Shown: positions 1-13,355, counted from the first letter of the stretch. The stretch is DNA of 64,000 bases from Leucoraja erinacea (GCF_028641065.1 NC_073388.1:25110001-25174000), one strand, 5' to 3'. Notes: generated by a model not told the origin, from the letters alone. Numbers and translations: made by a program.

Positions 1-2539
1 AAGTAAGTATGTTTAACGGGTGGTCTCCAAGTTGTCCTGAATACTGAGATATAGTGTTATTGAAGTGCCCATTAGACGGTTACTTTTGTGCAAAAACCCA
101 GAACATCTGCCCTTTCTGAAGAATGGAAGAGGCCCGTTGCAAAACATGGAGTCATGCATGTGTGTGGCAAGCAACATGGATTGATGGCAGTCTTGGACTG
201 TTTTAGAACAAGAATCAGTCTGTGACACTTTGTATTATAAGGATTATGACAATCCAAATGCAACATCACAGGAACTAATGAAATATATTGTTAGAAATAT
301 GGTGCAAATATTTTATAAACCATTCTATAGGTCAGGCAACATCTCCAGAAGGAGAAATAAGGAGAATATCTCACGTCAATCATTCATCTGAGTGGGTCAT
401 TTTGATCGGAGAGGATGGTAAAAGTATTTTTAGTTTTAGTTCCAGAGATACAGTTTGGAAACAGGCCCTGGCACACTGAGTCCATGCTGACCAACAATCA
501 CCCACCCATGCACTAGTGCTATCCTACACACCAAGGGAAAATTATATGCCAATTAACCTACAAACCTGCACATTTTTGAAAAGTAGGAGGAAACCAGAGC
601 ACCCAGAGGAAACCCACGCGGTCATAATCACATATGACAAACTCCGTACAGACGGCACCCATCAACAGGATCAAACCCAGGTTTCTGACGCTGCAAGGCA
701 ACAACTCTACCACTACTTCAGTGTGTGATTTTTTTTGATATTTTCCACTCTTACGTGCTAATTCTTTGCATCCTCCCTATTGCCCAATTGTATTCTACAA
801 TCTATGACCTTAAATTTGTCAATCTACCAGCTGCAAATTGGAGTTAAACTCTGATATATCTCAAATGCTTCTACATCCTCTGTCAAAAGGAATGGACACA
901 AGGATGGTTGACATCACAAATATTCTACAGATGAAGGTCAGTGAGTGAAGGTAAATGTGGGCTCGACTGATAGTTCCTGAGAGAGTCTATACCTAAATAT
1001 GAAATAATTTTTCCTGCTTAATTGGAAGGCATTTATTTTTTATCTGATAAGCATGTTTCCCTAATGTTGATAATGCAACATGTGATTAGGAAAATTGGGG
1101 AAATGAATAATAAAACTACAATTATCAATGGCAAATATTTTCTGCTGCTATGAGGATGTGCAGTTTGCATATCTGGCAATCACCCAGATGCAGAACCTGC
1201 CTGCTCATTTATTTCCTCACTTATACCTTGCCCTATCCAATGTCCATCATGCTCGAATGAATAGTCTCTGCTGCAAATGGTGCTCTTAAAATACACTCTC
1301 AGGAAAGCCAGTCAAATATTTAAAAATACTCTCTCCTCCTGATGGTGTTGATACATTTGGACCTTTGCCCCATGTTGTCCTCTGCCTTAGCCTAATGGCA
1401 CCAACATTAATAGTGGGCAAGCAGTACAGTGGAGACCTGTTCTGCACACATGCCACCTGATTCTGCACACATGCTATCCTGGATCAGCTGATAGTAATCA
1501 GAGGTGCCATCCCTAGTCCTGGGGAACTGATTCAATTTCTACCACCGGAGTCTCATTCAGGCTGAAATTGACTAATACAGACAAGAGATTGATTTCCTTA
1601 TCTCTGTGGTTCACATCACTAAGCGCTGAGCAATGAGAAGTCAAGTGATCCATTAGTGGAAACATCGGTATTATTTTTTTCGTAGATGTGTAATAATTAA
1701 GTCATTGTATGCTTTCTGCTGTTTGATTCTGGTTGTGGATATTTATGAGTAGATTTCTTCAGTGTTCTCATCAGTATTAGCGAACATATTTGAAATATAT
1801 TATTTTATTAATTGCCCATGACTGGATTCAGTCATTAGTCACCAATTGCTTAATACACAATTTGAATCAATAAGGCGGGTTGAGGGATTTTGCTTTTGAC
1901 CTTCCCAAGCAGTGCGCTGGCCTTTCAGCCCCTTCACTGCGTCCATGCTGACCATCTACCACCCTAATTCTATGTTATCTCACTTACACATCCACTCCCT
2001 ACACACTGGGGGCAATTTGCAGAGGCAACTTAACCTACAAACCCGCACGTCTTTGGGATGTGGGTGGAAACCAAAAACACATGCAAAGGAGAATGTGCAA
2101 ACTCCACACAGACAGCACCCAACTTCAGGACCAAACCCAGGTCTCTGGTGGTGAGAGACGCCAACTCTACCAGCTACACCACTGTGTCCCCACTGTTGGT
2201 AATATTCCCCCTTTGGCGGTGAAAGCTTACTTTTGGTTCATCATACGAATCAATGAAAAGGCCACATTGCAACAGTTGTCACAATTTAAAAACACCGAGC
2301 TGGCTGTAATGATCTTTGGGCCGTATATTCATGTGTAGGAAGGAACTGCCCCGCTGAGTTACTCCAGTTTTGTGTGTCTATTTTCCGGCTGTAGATTGAT
2401 GTGCTCTTCCCCTCTAGCGCTTGAATCCAGACCAGATTTTGCAGTCGCCCTGCTCATTGAAATCTGTACTTTGTGTCAGTGAATACTGATGGGACTGGGG
2501 CAGAATAAAGTGCCAGACCAATGAAAAGCTCTTACATTG

Positions 2540-2900
2540 CAGCTGGGGATTGACGGAGGGAGCGCGGCGCGGACAGGAGCTCATGAGGCGTCGATCATCC
2601 TTCACACCGAGGTAGTCTAGCACCGGAGTGAACTCCCGGTAACTCTGCCTTCGTTGGGACACCGAGCGGGAGAAAATCTGCGCTGATATCCTTCTCGCTG
2701 CAAGTAATTGACATCGTTATATTTAACCGAGCGGCTGGAGCCTTTGAAGGACACATTGGGTTGTGAGCTGTCTTGCTGAGCGCTCCGGACAGCGGCAGTG
2801 TGGGGGGGATAACGGCACCGTAGCTGGGCAATGACGAGGGGTGTGGGGAGTGGGGGGGACGAGGGAGTGGGATGGGAACTTGCACCCTACACCGGATCAC
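2540..2900 (+). promoter_or_regulatory. CpG/GC-rich region, probable CITED1 promoter or 5' exon region
   Basis: Local CpG enrichment in non-repeat sequence about 3.5 kb upstream of the CITED1 coding exon. Confidence 0.45.
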
Positions 2901-3157
2901 GTTTGCAACAGAAATCGTAAGACATTAACCCAGGGCATCCGATGACCCAACTCACGTGGATCACAGACCTCCCCCCCCCCCCCCCCCCCCCCCCCCTTCT
3001 CCTTTCCTTTGTTTGACGCCCTGTGCTTATTCACAACAATTTAAATTTCGGACAATTATATATGTCAAAGCCAATGGAAAGGGCTTCCAGCTTGGTGTTT
3101 TTTTCCCGCTGCCGCAGCTTTCGGCACTCTGTTGAAGATATATATATATATGGTTAA

Positions 3158-3220
3158 ATGTTTCCAGTGTGTGACACGGCTGGAGCCGGGCCGATCAGAT
3201 CCTGTTGGAGTTTAAAGCAA
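3158..3220 (+). CDS. Candidate first coding exon of CITED1 (MFPVCDTAGAGPIRSCWSLKQ)
   Basis: ATG at 3158 follows a (TA)n run and a GC-rich region. It gives 21 codons and then a weak phase-0 donor caa|GTGAAT that fits the 6345 acceptor. No recognisable sequence similarity. Confidence 0.25.
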
Positions 3221-4391
3221 GTGAATATTTATGAAAAGGTCAAAATAAGTCCAGCTGCCTGGAATGGGGGCACTGTCAACATGTCCCCACACGCCATTCT
3301 GTACAAGTTTCACATGGTGCATGCCAACCATATCGTATCCCGTGCTCTCGTTAAAAACTCGTAGGTCTCTGACTTTCCCCACCCAAGAACATCCCTCATC
3401 TGTGTAAATATCTATATTTAATTCTTACCGATTATTATGTTTTTCTAGCACTCTGCGCGCGGTTCCTTATCACTAAAATATGATCTTACTAAAATAGTAC
3501 ATGAGGGTCAGGTGCTGGAATCTGGAGCAAAACACAAAGTGCTGGAGGAAATTCAGTGGGTCGGGTAGCAGCTGTGGAGGGAATGCAGTTCATACGTTTT
3601 CGGAACAGAATTAGGCCATTCGGCCCATCAGGTCCACCTCGCCATTCAATCATGGCTGATCTATCTTTCCATTGCCATCCCATTCTCCTGCCTTCTCCCC
3701 ATTACCCTGGCCATCCTTATTGAATGAATAGGCGACATTTCGGGGCAGGATCCTTCTTCAGTCTGACGAAGGTTCCCCACCCGAAACTTCGTGTACCTGG
3801 TACTGTGTGTGTTTTGCATTAGAAAATTAGAAAGTTACAGCTAAGCACAGTGTCTTTCACACCTCGAAAAGTTCAATACAATCACGGAATGTAAAAATTG
3901 AAGAGGGCCCAGTAGAAGTTTAAAAAACGCCCAAGAAATGAGTAAAGTGTACAATGGTAAACATAATGCAGGACAGGTCTGGGTGGTCCAACAGGAGGTC
4001 TGGGTGGGGGTCCAACAGGAGATTACTTCTGTAGTGGCTGGGGAGAGAATAGGAGAGGGTTGGATGCTAGTGGGCAGATGAGAGAGAACGGATGACTGAA
4101 GTGATTGGATTGGGTGAGAGCTGGTATAGATTCAACGGCCCGAACAGCCTCATCCTGTGTCTTAGGAAAAGACGGAAGGTGGAAGCTGAGAGAATTGAGA
4201 GCTGAGGTTGCTTCTCATGTGGAGTTTATAGTCGTATAGGACAGAAACAGGCCATCAGTCCCATTTATCATCAGCCCACCCCCCCCCCCCCCCCCCCCCC
4301 CCATTGAAGAGATCGCCTCCATACGTTTTTTAATCTGAGCGTTTATGGGGACTGTCGATGCTTTCGACCAATAAAGACCCATCTGATTGTG

Positions 4392-4662
4392 GTGTAGGAA
4401 GGAACTGCAGATGCTGATTTAAACCGAATATAGACACAAAATAATGGACTATCTCAGCGGGTCAGGCTGCATCTCTGGAGAGAAGAATAGACGACGTTTC
4501 GGGTCGAGACCCTTCTTCAGACTGTCTATCCGTCTATATCTCACGTTTCCTTTTCCCCTGGCTGGTCTGAAGAAAGGTCTCGACGCGAAACGTCACCCAT
4601 TCCTTCTCTCCAGAGATGCTGCCTGTCCCGCAGAGTTACTCCAGCATCTTGTGTCTATCATC
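4392..4662. mobile_element. Inverted pair of Penelope-like terminal repeats with hammerhead-like cores
   Basis: The reverse arm is 4392-4523, with an intact core on the - strand at 4493-4520. A ~42 nt pyrimidine-rich spacer follows, then the forward arm at 4565-4662. Confidence 0.75.
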
Positions 4663-5811
4663 TGATCGAGTAATTGATTAAATACGCTGCAATGTTGTTA
4701 TTGGTTTTCGGGAAGGGATCTTTGCTGCTATTTTTAGTAGCGTAGTGAGTTAACCCATGTTCCCGAGAAAACTGCAAAACTGTGTCTTGGTAACACAATC
4801 TAGAAGGTCAATGCAAATGTGTACAAAGGAACAGAAGAAAGGTCACAACCCGAAACGCCACCCATTAATTCTCTCCAGAGATGCTGCCTGTCCCGCTGAG
4901 TTACTCCAGCATTTTGTGTTTATCTTAAGTCAATACAAATACCTGAAATCCAGAAACCACTTTTAAATCAAGCAAGAAAAAAAAGTGGACATGGAATAAG
5001 GGAAAGGAGCGTAGGAAGGAACTGCAGATGCTGGGTTAAACCGAATATAGACACAAAAATGCTGCAGTAATTCAAGGGGACGGGCAGCATCTCTGGAGAG
5101 TCTGAAGAATGGTCTCGACCTGAAAAGTCACATATTCCTTTTCTCCAGAGATGCTGCCTGTCCCGCTGAATTACTCCAGGATTTTGTATCCATCTATGGA
5201 ATAATGAAAGGTATAAACATAAAACAATTACAGCATGGAAACAGGCCATCTCGGCCCTTCTAGTCCGTGCCGAACACGTACTCTCACTTAGTCCCATCTA
5301 CCTGCACTCAGATCATAACCCTCCATTCCTTTCCCGTTATATTTTGAAATTGTCACTCAATAACTTTATTTAATTTTGAAAATATTTCTATGGGAGGTAA
5401 AGAAAACGGAATACCATCGGAGAGCTGGAGCCGGATGGAAGAAAATGTTGAGAATCAGTTTTAATATCTATCGAGTTACTGTGGAAGGGTAGTTCGTGTT
5501 AGTTCCACTTTCATTTATATTTCAAGGTCAATATTCAGCGTGGTCCTCAGTCTATAAAATCGACCACGGTCAGTTTCAAGTGAGATACACCTTGCCAAAT
5601 GTCGGACGGTCAACTTAGGGCCAATGTAAAACGGGTTGGAATTGCTTGTACATTATCGCAAAAGGCAAAACCCGAAAAAAAGCTTGTGCCAAATGTGTTG
5701 TTCCCATATGTTGTTTGTAGAATCCACTATATGCAATTTACAGAACATAAAGTTAAAAATTACACGTTGCAACATTGCGATTAGAAACATTAAGCAGTAC
5801 AACTACTAAAG

Positions 5812-6222
5812 TCATAGAAACAAGGTGCAGGAGTAGGCCATTCGGACCTTCATCCCTGCACCACCATTCGATATGACCATGGCTGATCATCCAACTCCGT
5901 ATCCCCTCCCTGCCGTCTCTCCATACCCCCTGATCGCTTTAGCCACAAGGGCCACATCTAACTCCCTCTTAAATATAGCCAATAAACTGGCCTCAACTAC
6001 CTTCTGTGGCAGAGAATTCCACAGATTCATCACTCTCTGTGTAAAAAATGATTTTCTCATCTCGGTCCTAAAATACTTCCCTCTTACCCTTAAACTGTGA
6101 CCCCCTAGTTCTGGACTTCCCCAACATCGGGAATAATCTTCCTGCATCTAGCCTGTCCAACCCCTTACGAATTTTGTACGTTTCTATAAGATCAATCTTC
6201 TGAATTCTAGCGTGTACAAGCC
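5812..6222 (-). mobile_element. CR1-type LINE 3' fragment
   Basis: GHSLRVRGKYFRTEMRKSFFTQRVMNLWNSLP, the CR1 ORF2 C-terminus, plus the 3' UTR stem. Confidence 0.9.
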
Positions 6223-6344
6223 GATGAAACAGCAGTCCTGGGATTGACATATCTGTTACGGTCTGTTTCCTAATGAAAACCGAATGCGATTTATCCTCCT
6301 TGCTGGAGTTAATTTAAAGTTGTTTTTTGCTCTTCACTGTTCAG

Positions 6345-6842
6345 GACCCTGCCTGCCTGTTGTCCAGGAAGCCGATTAGTTACCCGGGACTGAAGGAGCG
6401 TGAGGCAGTCGCGATGCTTCACTACGGAGCTTCGGTGGTCCGGAGCAGGGTCCCCAGCGGTTCCAGCGGGCAGTTTAACCCGGGGCTGCTCGCTTCTTCG
6501 TGCGGGGTCCAGAAGCAGTCGTTCGCCCTGCACGGCCCGCAATTGCTGGCCAGCTTGCAGCTGCAGAAACTCAACAGCCAGTACCACAGCTCGGCGCTGC
6601 CACCAGCTCCGCTGCCCGGGGACGGCCAGGCCCTGGGGGATGTGCAACCCTCGGCTCAGGCCACTGCGGGGACCCCGGCCCCTCACGCACCGGGCATCAT
6701 CGACACCGACCTCATCGACGAGGACGTGCTCATGACCCTAGTGTTGGAGCTGGGCTTGGACCGAGTGAACGAGCTGCCCGAACTCTGGCTGGGCCACAAT
6801 GAATTTGACTTCACCTCGGACGTGGCGTCGGTCACTTGCTGA
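6345..6842 (+). CDS. CITED1: CITED1-like transactivator, main (last) coding exon
   Basis: The translation has the CITED motifs QLLASLQLQKLNSQY and IIDTDLIDEDVLMTLVLELGLDRVNELPELWLGHNEFDF. SYPGLKEREAVAMLHY resembles the CITED1 segment (human AYSNLAVKDRKAVAILHY, from recall). Acceptor ttcactgttcAG ends at 6344 (phase 0); stop TGA at 6840-6842. It lies upstream of RPS4X on the same strand, as in human Xq13.1. Confidence 0.9.
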   Translation, partial: DPACLLSRKPISYPGLKEREAVAMLHYGASVVRSRVPSGSSGQFNPGLLASSCGVQKQSFALHGPQLLASLQLQKLNSQYHSSALPPAPLPGDGQALGDVQPSAQATAGTPAPHAPGIIDTDLIDEDVLMTLVLELGLDRVNELPELWLGHNEFDFTSDVASVTC

Positions 6843-7436
6843 CAGCGGAGCAGCCTGGACACTGTGAGCGGACTGACCTGATCTCAACAGCTTCCAACTC
6901 ACCCCAACTGACAGGTCGAGAGAACGATAGCAGTCAGTTTCTTACCTACCATCTGTGTTACAGACTCGGGTAATGTACCGGTCAGAGTTGCACCTTTATT
7001 CAAAGAGGTTCGTTCAGCTTTCAAGGAAACACCTCCACTGACAAGCCGAACCGATTAAAGAGCATCATTATTCTGCCCATGGACAATGACACGAGGTAGC
7101 GGCGCTCAATGTATTCATTGGGAAGTGCAGGTGGGGATTGACGACCTCAGACGTCCTGCCTTAAAACAGCCCACGCGTGCGGATGGTTCCTGCTGCTTTC
7201 TTGAACTGGAGATATTGAAACAGGGTCTCGGAGCTGCCCTTAAATACCACCGGTCAAATATCTCCTATTTCCTATTTCATTTCCTTTCATTTGGGCTCTG
7301 CAGAAAATCTCGGGGTTGGGTGGAAAACAGCGGCGTGCTGGGCGGATTTGTGCAGTCGCTGATGGGTGGTCGGCACTGGGGTCGGGACTCCTCGCACCCA
7401 CCCACCCACTTTGCCATGTACACTGACACTTGATTA

Positions 7437-7688
7437 TTTTAGAGATACAGCGCGGAAACAGACCCTTCGGCCCACCGAGTCCGCGCCGACCAGTGATCCC
7501 CGAACACTAACACTACCCTACACAAACTACGAAGCCAATTAACCTGCAAATCTGCACGGCTTTGGAGTGTGGGAGAAAACCGGAGCACCCGGAGTAAACC
7601 CACGCGGTCACCGGGAGAATTCCAAACTCCGTGCAGACGGCACCCATAATCATGACCTCTGGCACTGTAGGCAGCTGATCTACCGTTC
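7437..7688 (-). mobile_element. HE1/V-SINE-type SINE
   Basis: Reverse complement of the 28352 family. Further copies lie at about 430-716, 1915-2192, 11014-11228 and 12879-13172 (-), and 35170-35415 and 39620-39980 (+). Confidence 0.8.
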
Positions 7689-8479
7689 GGTGAAAACACA
7701 GGAGTGAACCTAAATTTCAACCGGGCCAAAGGTGTTTGTTTGCTCAAGGATCCTAGCGTTTGCAGTCTATCCACAAATTACACTTGGTTTCTGCTACCCT
7801 CATAATGCCGCAGCGCTGGGCAGGGCAGACAAGGAGTCCGCTCCGTCCCACCGTCTCCACGGTTCTGGGGTTTGTTAATCTTCTTCCCCAACCCTATTTT
7901 GTTTGTTGCTTAAACAAAGGTGGAAAATCGCCCAATGGAGGAGATATCGGAGGGGCAACATGAAATAAACGAATTGTTGCCAGATCTCACCTCAAGTCAA
8001 GTCCCTGAACTGGTATGCCGATGATTTAAGTTGTTGTGGTGTTTACATAGCTCACTATATAAAACAAGCACCGGTTACTATATTTTTATTTCCCCCTCGC
8101 CCTGTCTGCCAGGGAAGGTGTAAGGTCACTTCTTGCCAGGGAGGGAGCTCTCTTGCATCCCCTTGTGGCCAGGACGCGAATGAAATTGGCGAAACTGAAT
8201 TTCCCTTCGCCTCCCCTCGTGAGCGATTCATAAAACGACAGAATGCCAACTGGTCTTACATTAGAAAAGACGTTAGAGCTGTGCTTATGCATCTATTAAG
8301 GATAGTAAAATAAAGGAAACAATTGAGAAGTAATGGACTGCAATTCAATACAGAACACTTTTCGCCAGAGGGTGAATTCTAGCACCCAAAGCATCATCAA
8401 TTAGCCTGAGAACACGTTCGTTCACAGAGTGTGACGCAAAATGCACCACATCACATACAAGGGTGGAAATAGCATAAAA

Positions 8480-9400
8480 ACAGGAGAGATTGGAGTAGGA
8501 ACTGGCCTGAAAACCACTTGATGCCTGCTTCATCATCCAATAAGATTGTGGGTGGTCTAGTCTTGACCCAGAAAACCAATTTTCCCCATGCCCCTCTACT
8601 TCAGTGTAATTCAAATCTGAGTGGAACCCTGTCTTGGATATTCAATGACTGCTTCCACATCTCGCTAGGATAGAGAATTCTAAAATGTCACTGACCCTCT
8701 GAGAAAGTAAATAGATGACCCCCTTATTGTGAAACAGCGCTTCCAAGCTCTGGACACCTCCTCCTTCCAATTGAGTAATCATCCTCTTGGCATCGTACTG
8801 TGAATCCCACTCACAATCTTACTTGTATCAATAATACCATCCCTTAATTTTGAAACACCAATAAGTCCAATCAGTGCACCTTTCTTCATACATCAATCCA
8901 TTCATTCCTTGTGAACCTTCTCTGCATTGCTTCCAATGCATGCACACACTTCCTTAAATGTGGAGCCCAAAGCTGAACACTGCTCCAGGTGTGTTGTCAA
9001 GAGTATCCTTTAAATTGGCATCAACATTTTGATGTTTGCTCCCCATGTCCTCAACAACAAGGCAAGCAGTTGCTTGATCTTTCTAATAACTTGCTATTTC
9101 TACACACTGACCTTTTATGTTTCATGTACTTGTAACCTGTAGATCATTTTCCTCTGTAACATTTAAATAAATACTTTCCCATACTGTACTCTATCTACCA
9201 ACTCGTTGCCACTCATATAACCTATCCATATCCCTTTACAGGTTTGTTATATCTTTATCACAACTTCCTAATCCTTCCAATTTTGGATCATCAGCAGATT
9301 TGGCAACTGCATACTTTATCCAGGTTTTCAACATGTTTTGTAAATTGTTAAGGGCCTTAGCAGATCCTTGTGGTAAGTCGTTACTGGCTCGTTGTTTTCT
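8480..9400 (-). mobile_element. Old, degraded CR1-type LINE fragment
   Basis: Recognisable CR1 ORF2 segments (gtgaaccttctctgcatt, aaagctgaacactgctccaggtgtg, atcatcagcagatttggc). Confidence 0.6.
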
Positions 9401-11605
9401 GCTAGTTAGTTGCTAGTCTATCTACAGTATGCCAATATATTACCCCACCCTGTGCATTGTTAACTCAAAGAATGAAATCATAAAATAGTTGGGGCAATTA
9501 TCGGGAGAAAATGACTTCCAGCACCATCACAAAAGTAATAAAAAAAGATTCTGTATAATCAACAGATTAAGTGCAGCAATATTTTTAATAGGGAATAGTT
9601 TCCTGGAAATTCAGCGAATGCAAATGAGTCAATTCACATTGAAATGCACCAATGTATTCATTGAATGCTTGAACATGGCGTCTTTGTGATGGAAATAATA
9701 TTCAATTCTTCTCTGCCATAGGTTAAATGTAGCTACTCCGGGACACACAAAATGTGTAATGTTCACACTTGTTTAGTAATTGAGTGGCTGTGCACTTATC
9801 TTGCTTCTTTTTTTAACTTTGTATAACAGAAATAAAATAAAGGATCCAACTAATCTACACCACAGATGTAAAATATTCCCAGAGCTATCTTTGGAGGAAA
9901 TTCTGTAAATTCTTATGATCTTTACCCATTGGAACAACCATTCAATGGAGGAACATCATCCTATATAATATAGCATTGTCAATTTACATCTTTTCATTAG
10001 GTCACTTGCTGGTGCTGTTTAATAAACGCACATTGTAAAAAAATTGACCTAAACTGTAGCACTTTTGACATTCTGGGGAGCATGTTGTAGACTTGTATAA
10101 CATCCACCAAAATTACTTTACCAGCACTGATACTTAATAAACATACGATTTGTTATATTCAAGTGAAAGAGTATCAGGTGTTTCATTTCATGGAGTTGCC
10201 TGAGCGATGTAAGATTTCACTTTGTGGTTCAGAATTCTGACTGACAGTATGGGGTGATCGCTGGTCAGCACAGACTTGGTGGGCCGAAGGGCTTGTTTCT
10301 ACACTTTATCTCGAAAGTCTGGTCAGAATTTATTTGTATGAAAAATGTGTCATTCAAAGAAGAAATGGTGCAAAAAATAATGAATACTTATCTTACCTTT
10401 CAAACTATTATTTCCCTTCATACCTCCATATTTTATAATGTAACTTTTTTTTCTGCTGCCTACTCTTATTTGTTTATTATCTTTGTCTTCTCAATTGCAC
10501 CCTTGTTTTGCCTCCTCATCTCCTTTAAGGTATTCACTGCTTTGAAATGTATTAGGCCAGGGTTTCCTCATTGTAAGCATGGATCTCCAATCACAATGCT
10601 TATGACAATTACTGAGTTAAAATACTTTAAAAAAAAAGTTAATTCACCTGTAAACAATTCAAAAAAATATTGGTACAGCATATTGGAACCACCATTCTAC
10701 CCTCATGAAGCTTCAAACAGGTAAATGGCACATATTGTTAGAATTGCCAGCCTTGAGAGAGAATCTGAAAAATTTAACTCAAAAGTGATGATTAGTGTAC
10801 GAGGTGTTCTATCTCCTGTACACTGAGTCATAATTCAGCATGGTGAATTTTAGATGGCATTGGAGTTGCGTGTATCCAGACAGCCATGGTGTTGAAAGAG
10901 TAAAGCAGGAAGTATTGAGGTGCACCAATTCAAGTTAAGTCTAATTTATTGTCCTATGCTCAAATTCAGTGAGGTACAGGTACAATGAAAAGCTTGCAAC
11001 ATCACGGGCACATTTTAGCTTAGTTTGGTTTAGAGATACAGTGCGGAAACGGCCTTCGGACTACTGATTACGCACCAACGAGCGATCCCCGCACATTAAC
11101 ACTATCCTATACACACTAGTGACACTTTTACACTTATACCAAGCCTACAAACCTGTACGTCTTTGGAGTGTGGGAGGAAACTGGAGATCTCAGAGTAAAC
11201 CCACGCAGGACATGGGGAGAACGTTCAAACATAAATTCTACGTAAAATTATTCATACATTAGGAATACATTTTGCAAGACAGTAAAAAAAAATATTTGTG
11301 AAAAGAGATTTGTGAAAAATACAATCTGGTAGTGCTAGAGGTTGTCCACAGAGTTCAGTTAGGGTTGTACAGTCAGTTCAAGAATATGATAGTTGTAGGA
11401 AAGTATCTGTTCCTGAGCTTGGTTGTCATCAACTTCAGAAATCTGCACCTCTTGCTTGACATTAGCAGCAAGAAGAGGTCATGGCTCAGATGGAGGTGAT
11501 CCTTGATAAATTCATAGTCAAACAGCACAGAAATAGGCCCTTTGGCCCAACTTGCCCATGCTAACCAAGATGTTCCATCTTCACTAATCTCATATGCCCG
11601 CATTT

Positions 11606-12720
11606 GGATCCAGTGACAGAGAGGGCGCTGATTCCTATTTCTAAAGTTTGGAGATAATTTTGCATCTGATTTCAGATTGGAAAACAAAGTTATAGTCAGT
11701 ACAGAAATCTAATGTGGGAGTCCTTGTGGTCCGAGTGTTCCAGAGATGAGTTCAGTGACAGGGAAATGGCGTCTGTTGTGGACCTGTTGTAAAACTAAGC
11801 AAACAGTAGATCAAAGCTGTCCGGGAGTTAATAGACGCCATTGCCAGTCTCTCGAACCTTGTGACGGTGGATGTCAGAACCACTGGACAGTAGTCATGAA
11901 GGCACGCTACCTTAAATTTCTTTGAAACTGGGCTGATAGTGGTTTCCTGAAGCAGGTAGGGATCTCAGAATGGAGCTATGAAAGCAGTTATAGATGTCTG
12001 AATACCTTTACGGGCTAATTCGCACATGTCCTGAGTACACGGCCATGGACTTCATCCGGGCTAGTTGCTTTTCACGGATTCACTCTGCCATTGGATCCTC
12101 AACTTTCTGACCCACCGCCCACAGTCAGTGAGGATAGCTGACAGCACCTTCTACACAATAATTCCCAACACCTGTGCTCCGCAAAGTAAGTAAGTAAGTT
12201 TATTGGCTAAGTATTCACATACGAGGAATTTGCCTTGGTGCTCCACCGACAAGTAACAACATGACATACAGTGACGGTTACGAATGACTCAGATAGCACT
12301 AAACATTAATAATAATACATTAATGATAAAACACCATTGATCAAGCATGTGAACCAACAAAATACCAGATCAAAGGGAGGCTACAGATTTTTGGCTGTTG
12401 AGTAGAGCAACTACTCGTGGATAAAAAACGTTTTTATGTCTGGCCGTGGCAGCTTTGACAGTCCGGAGTTGCCTTCCAGAGGGAAGTGATTCAAAGAGTT
12501 TGTGGTCAGGGTGAGAGGGGTCAGAGATGATCTTGCCCGCTTGCTTCCTGGCCCTTGCAGTGTACAGTTCATCAATGGAGGGAAGGTTGCAGCCAATAAT
12601 CTTCTCTGCTGATCGGATGTTTTTAGTCCCCTACAAAAAAAATGTTTTTAGTCCCCTACAATACTCCCTCTGTACTCATAATTGTGGAGCAAAATTTGAC
12701 TCTAACTCCACCTTCAAAAA
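11606..12720. mobile_element. Degraded Rex1/Babar LINE with an inverted 5' part, interrupted by another LINE 3' fragment (12184-12616, - strand)
   Basis: The - strand of 11606-12087 encodes RT motifs CLHDYCPV and TTDAISL. The + strand from 12088 encodes HWILNFLTHRPQSVRI...APQ. The insert begins with an (AAGT)n reversed tail. Confidence 0.7.
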
Positions 12721-13355
12721 AGTACTAGTTAAAACAAAAAAGGTCCTCAAGACATATAATTTTGTTACACATTGAACATGTTTCCACATCATTCCTCTTG
12801 TATCTCCATTAGTTTATAGCTACAATATTTGTTTCTCTGTTAACTATTAACAGCTAAAAGAACATTAAAAAAATTGTTTAATTTAGTTTAGATACAGCAC
12901 GGAAACAGGCCCTTCGGCCCACCGGGTCTGCAACCACCAGCAATCCCCGCACACTAACACTATCCTACACAACAGGGACAATCTACAAATTTACATTTAT
13001 AGCAAGCAAATTTTCCTACAACTTGTATGTCTTTGGAGTGTGGGAGGAGCCTCGCACACAACAGAAGCTTTTCACTGTACCATGGTACACGTGAGAATAA
13101 ACAAAATGAAAATAACAGAGAACCCGGGGAAAACCCACACAGGTCACGGGGAAAACGTACAAACTCCGTACAGACAATAGACAATAGGTGCAGGAGTAGG
13201 TCATATGGCCCTTCGAGCCAGCGCCGCCATTCGCATGGTTGATCATCCACAGCATCCATAGTCTGGATCTCCATTCTTCTATATTTGTTGCTCTCATTTT
13301 GAACTGGTTACATTCACTGGGATATATAAAATATAAGAACGTGCAATACATTGAA

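Noticed and set aside
6327-6344. ORF-track start of the CITED ORF
   Set aside because: It is a TTG within the polypyrimidine tract before the splice acceptor, so it is intronic.
6309-6802. Overlapping alternative-frame ORFs over CITED1
   Set aside because: Expected by-products of GC-rich coding sequence, with no recognisable motifs.
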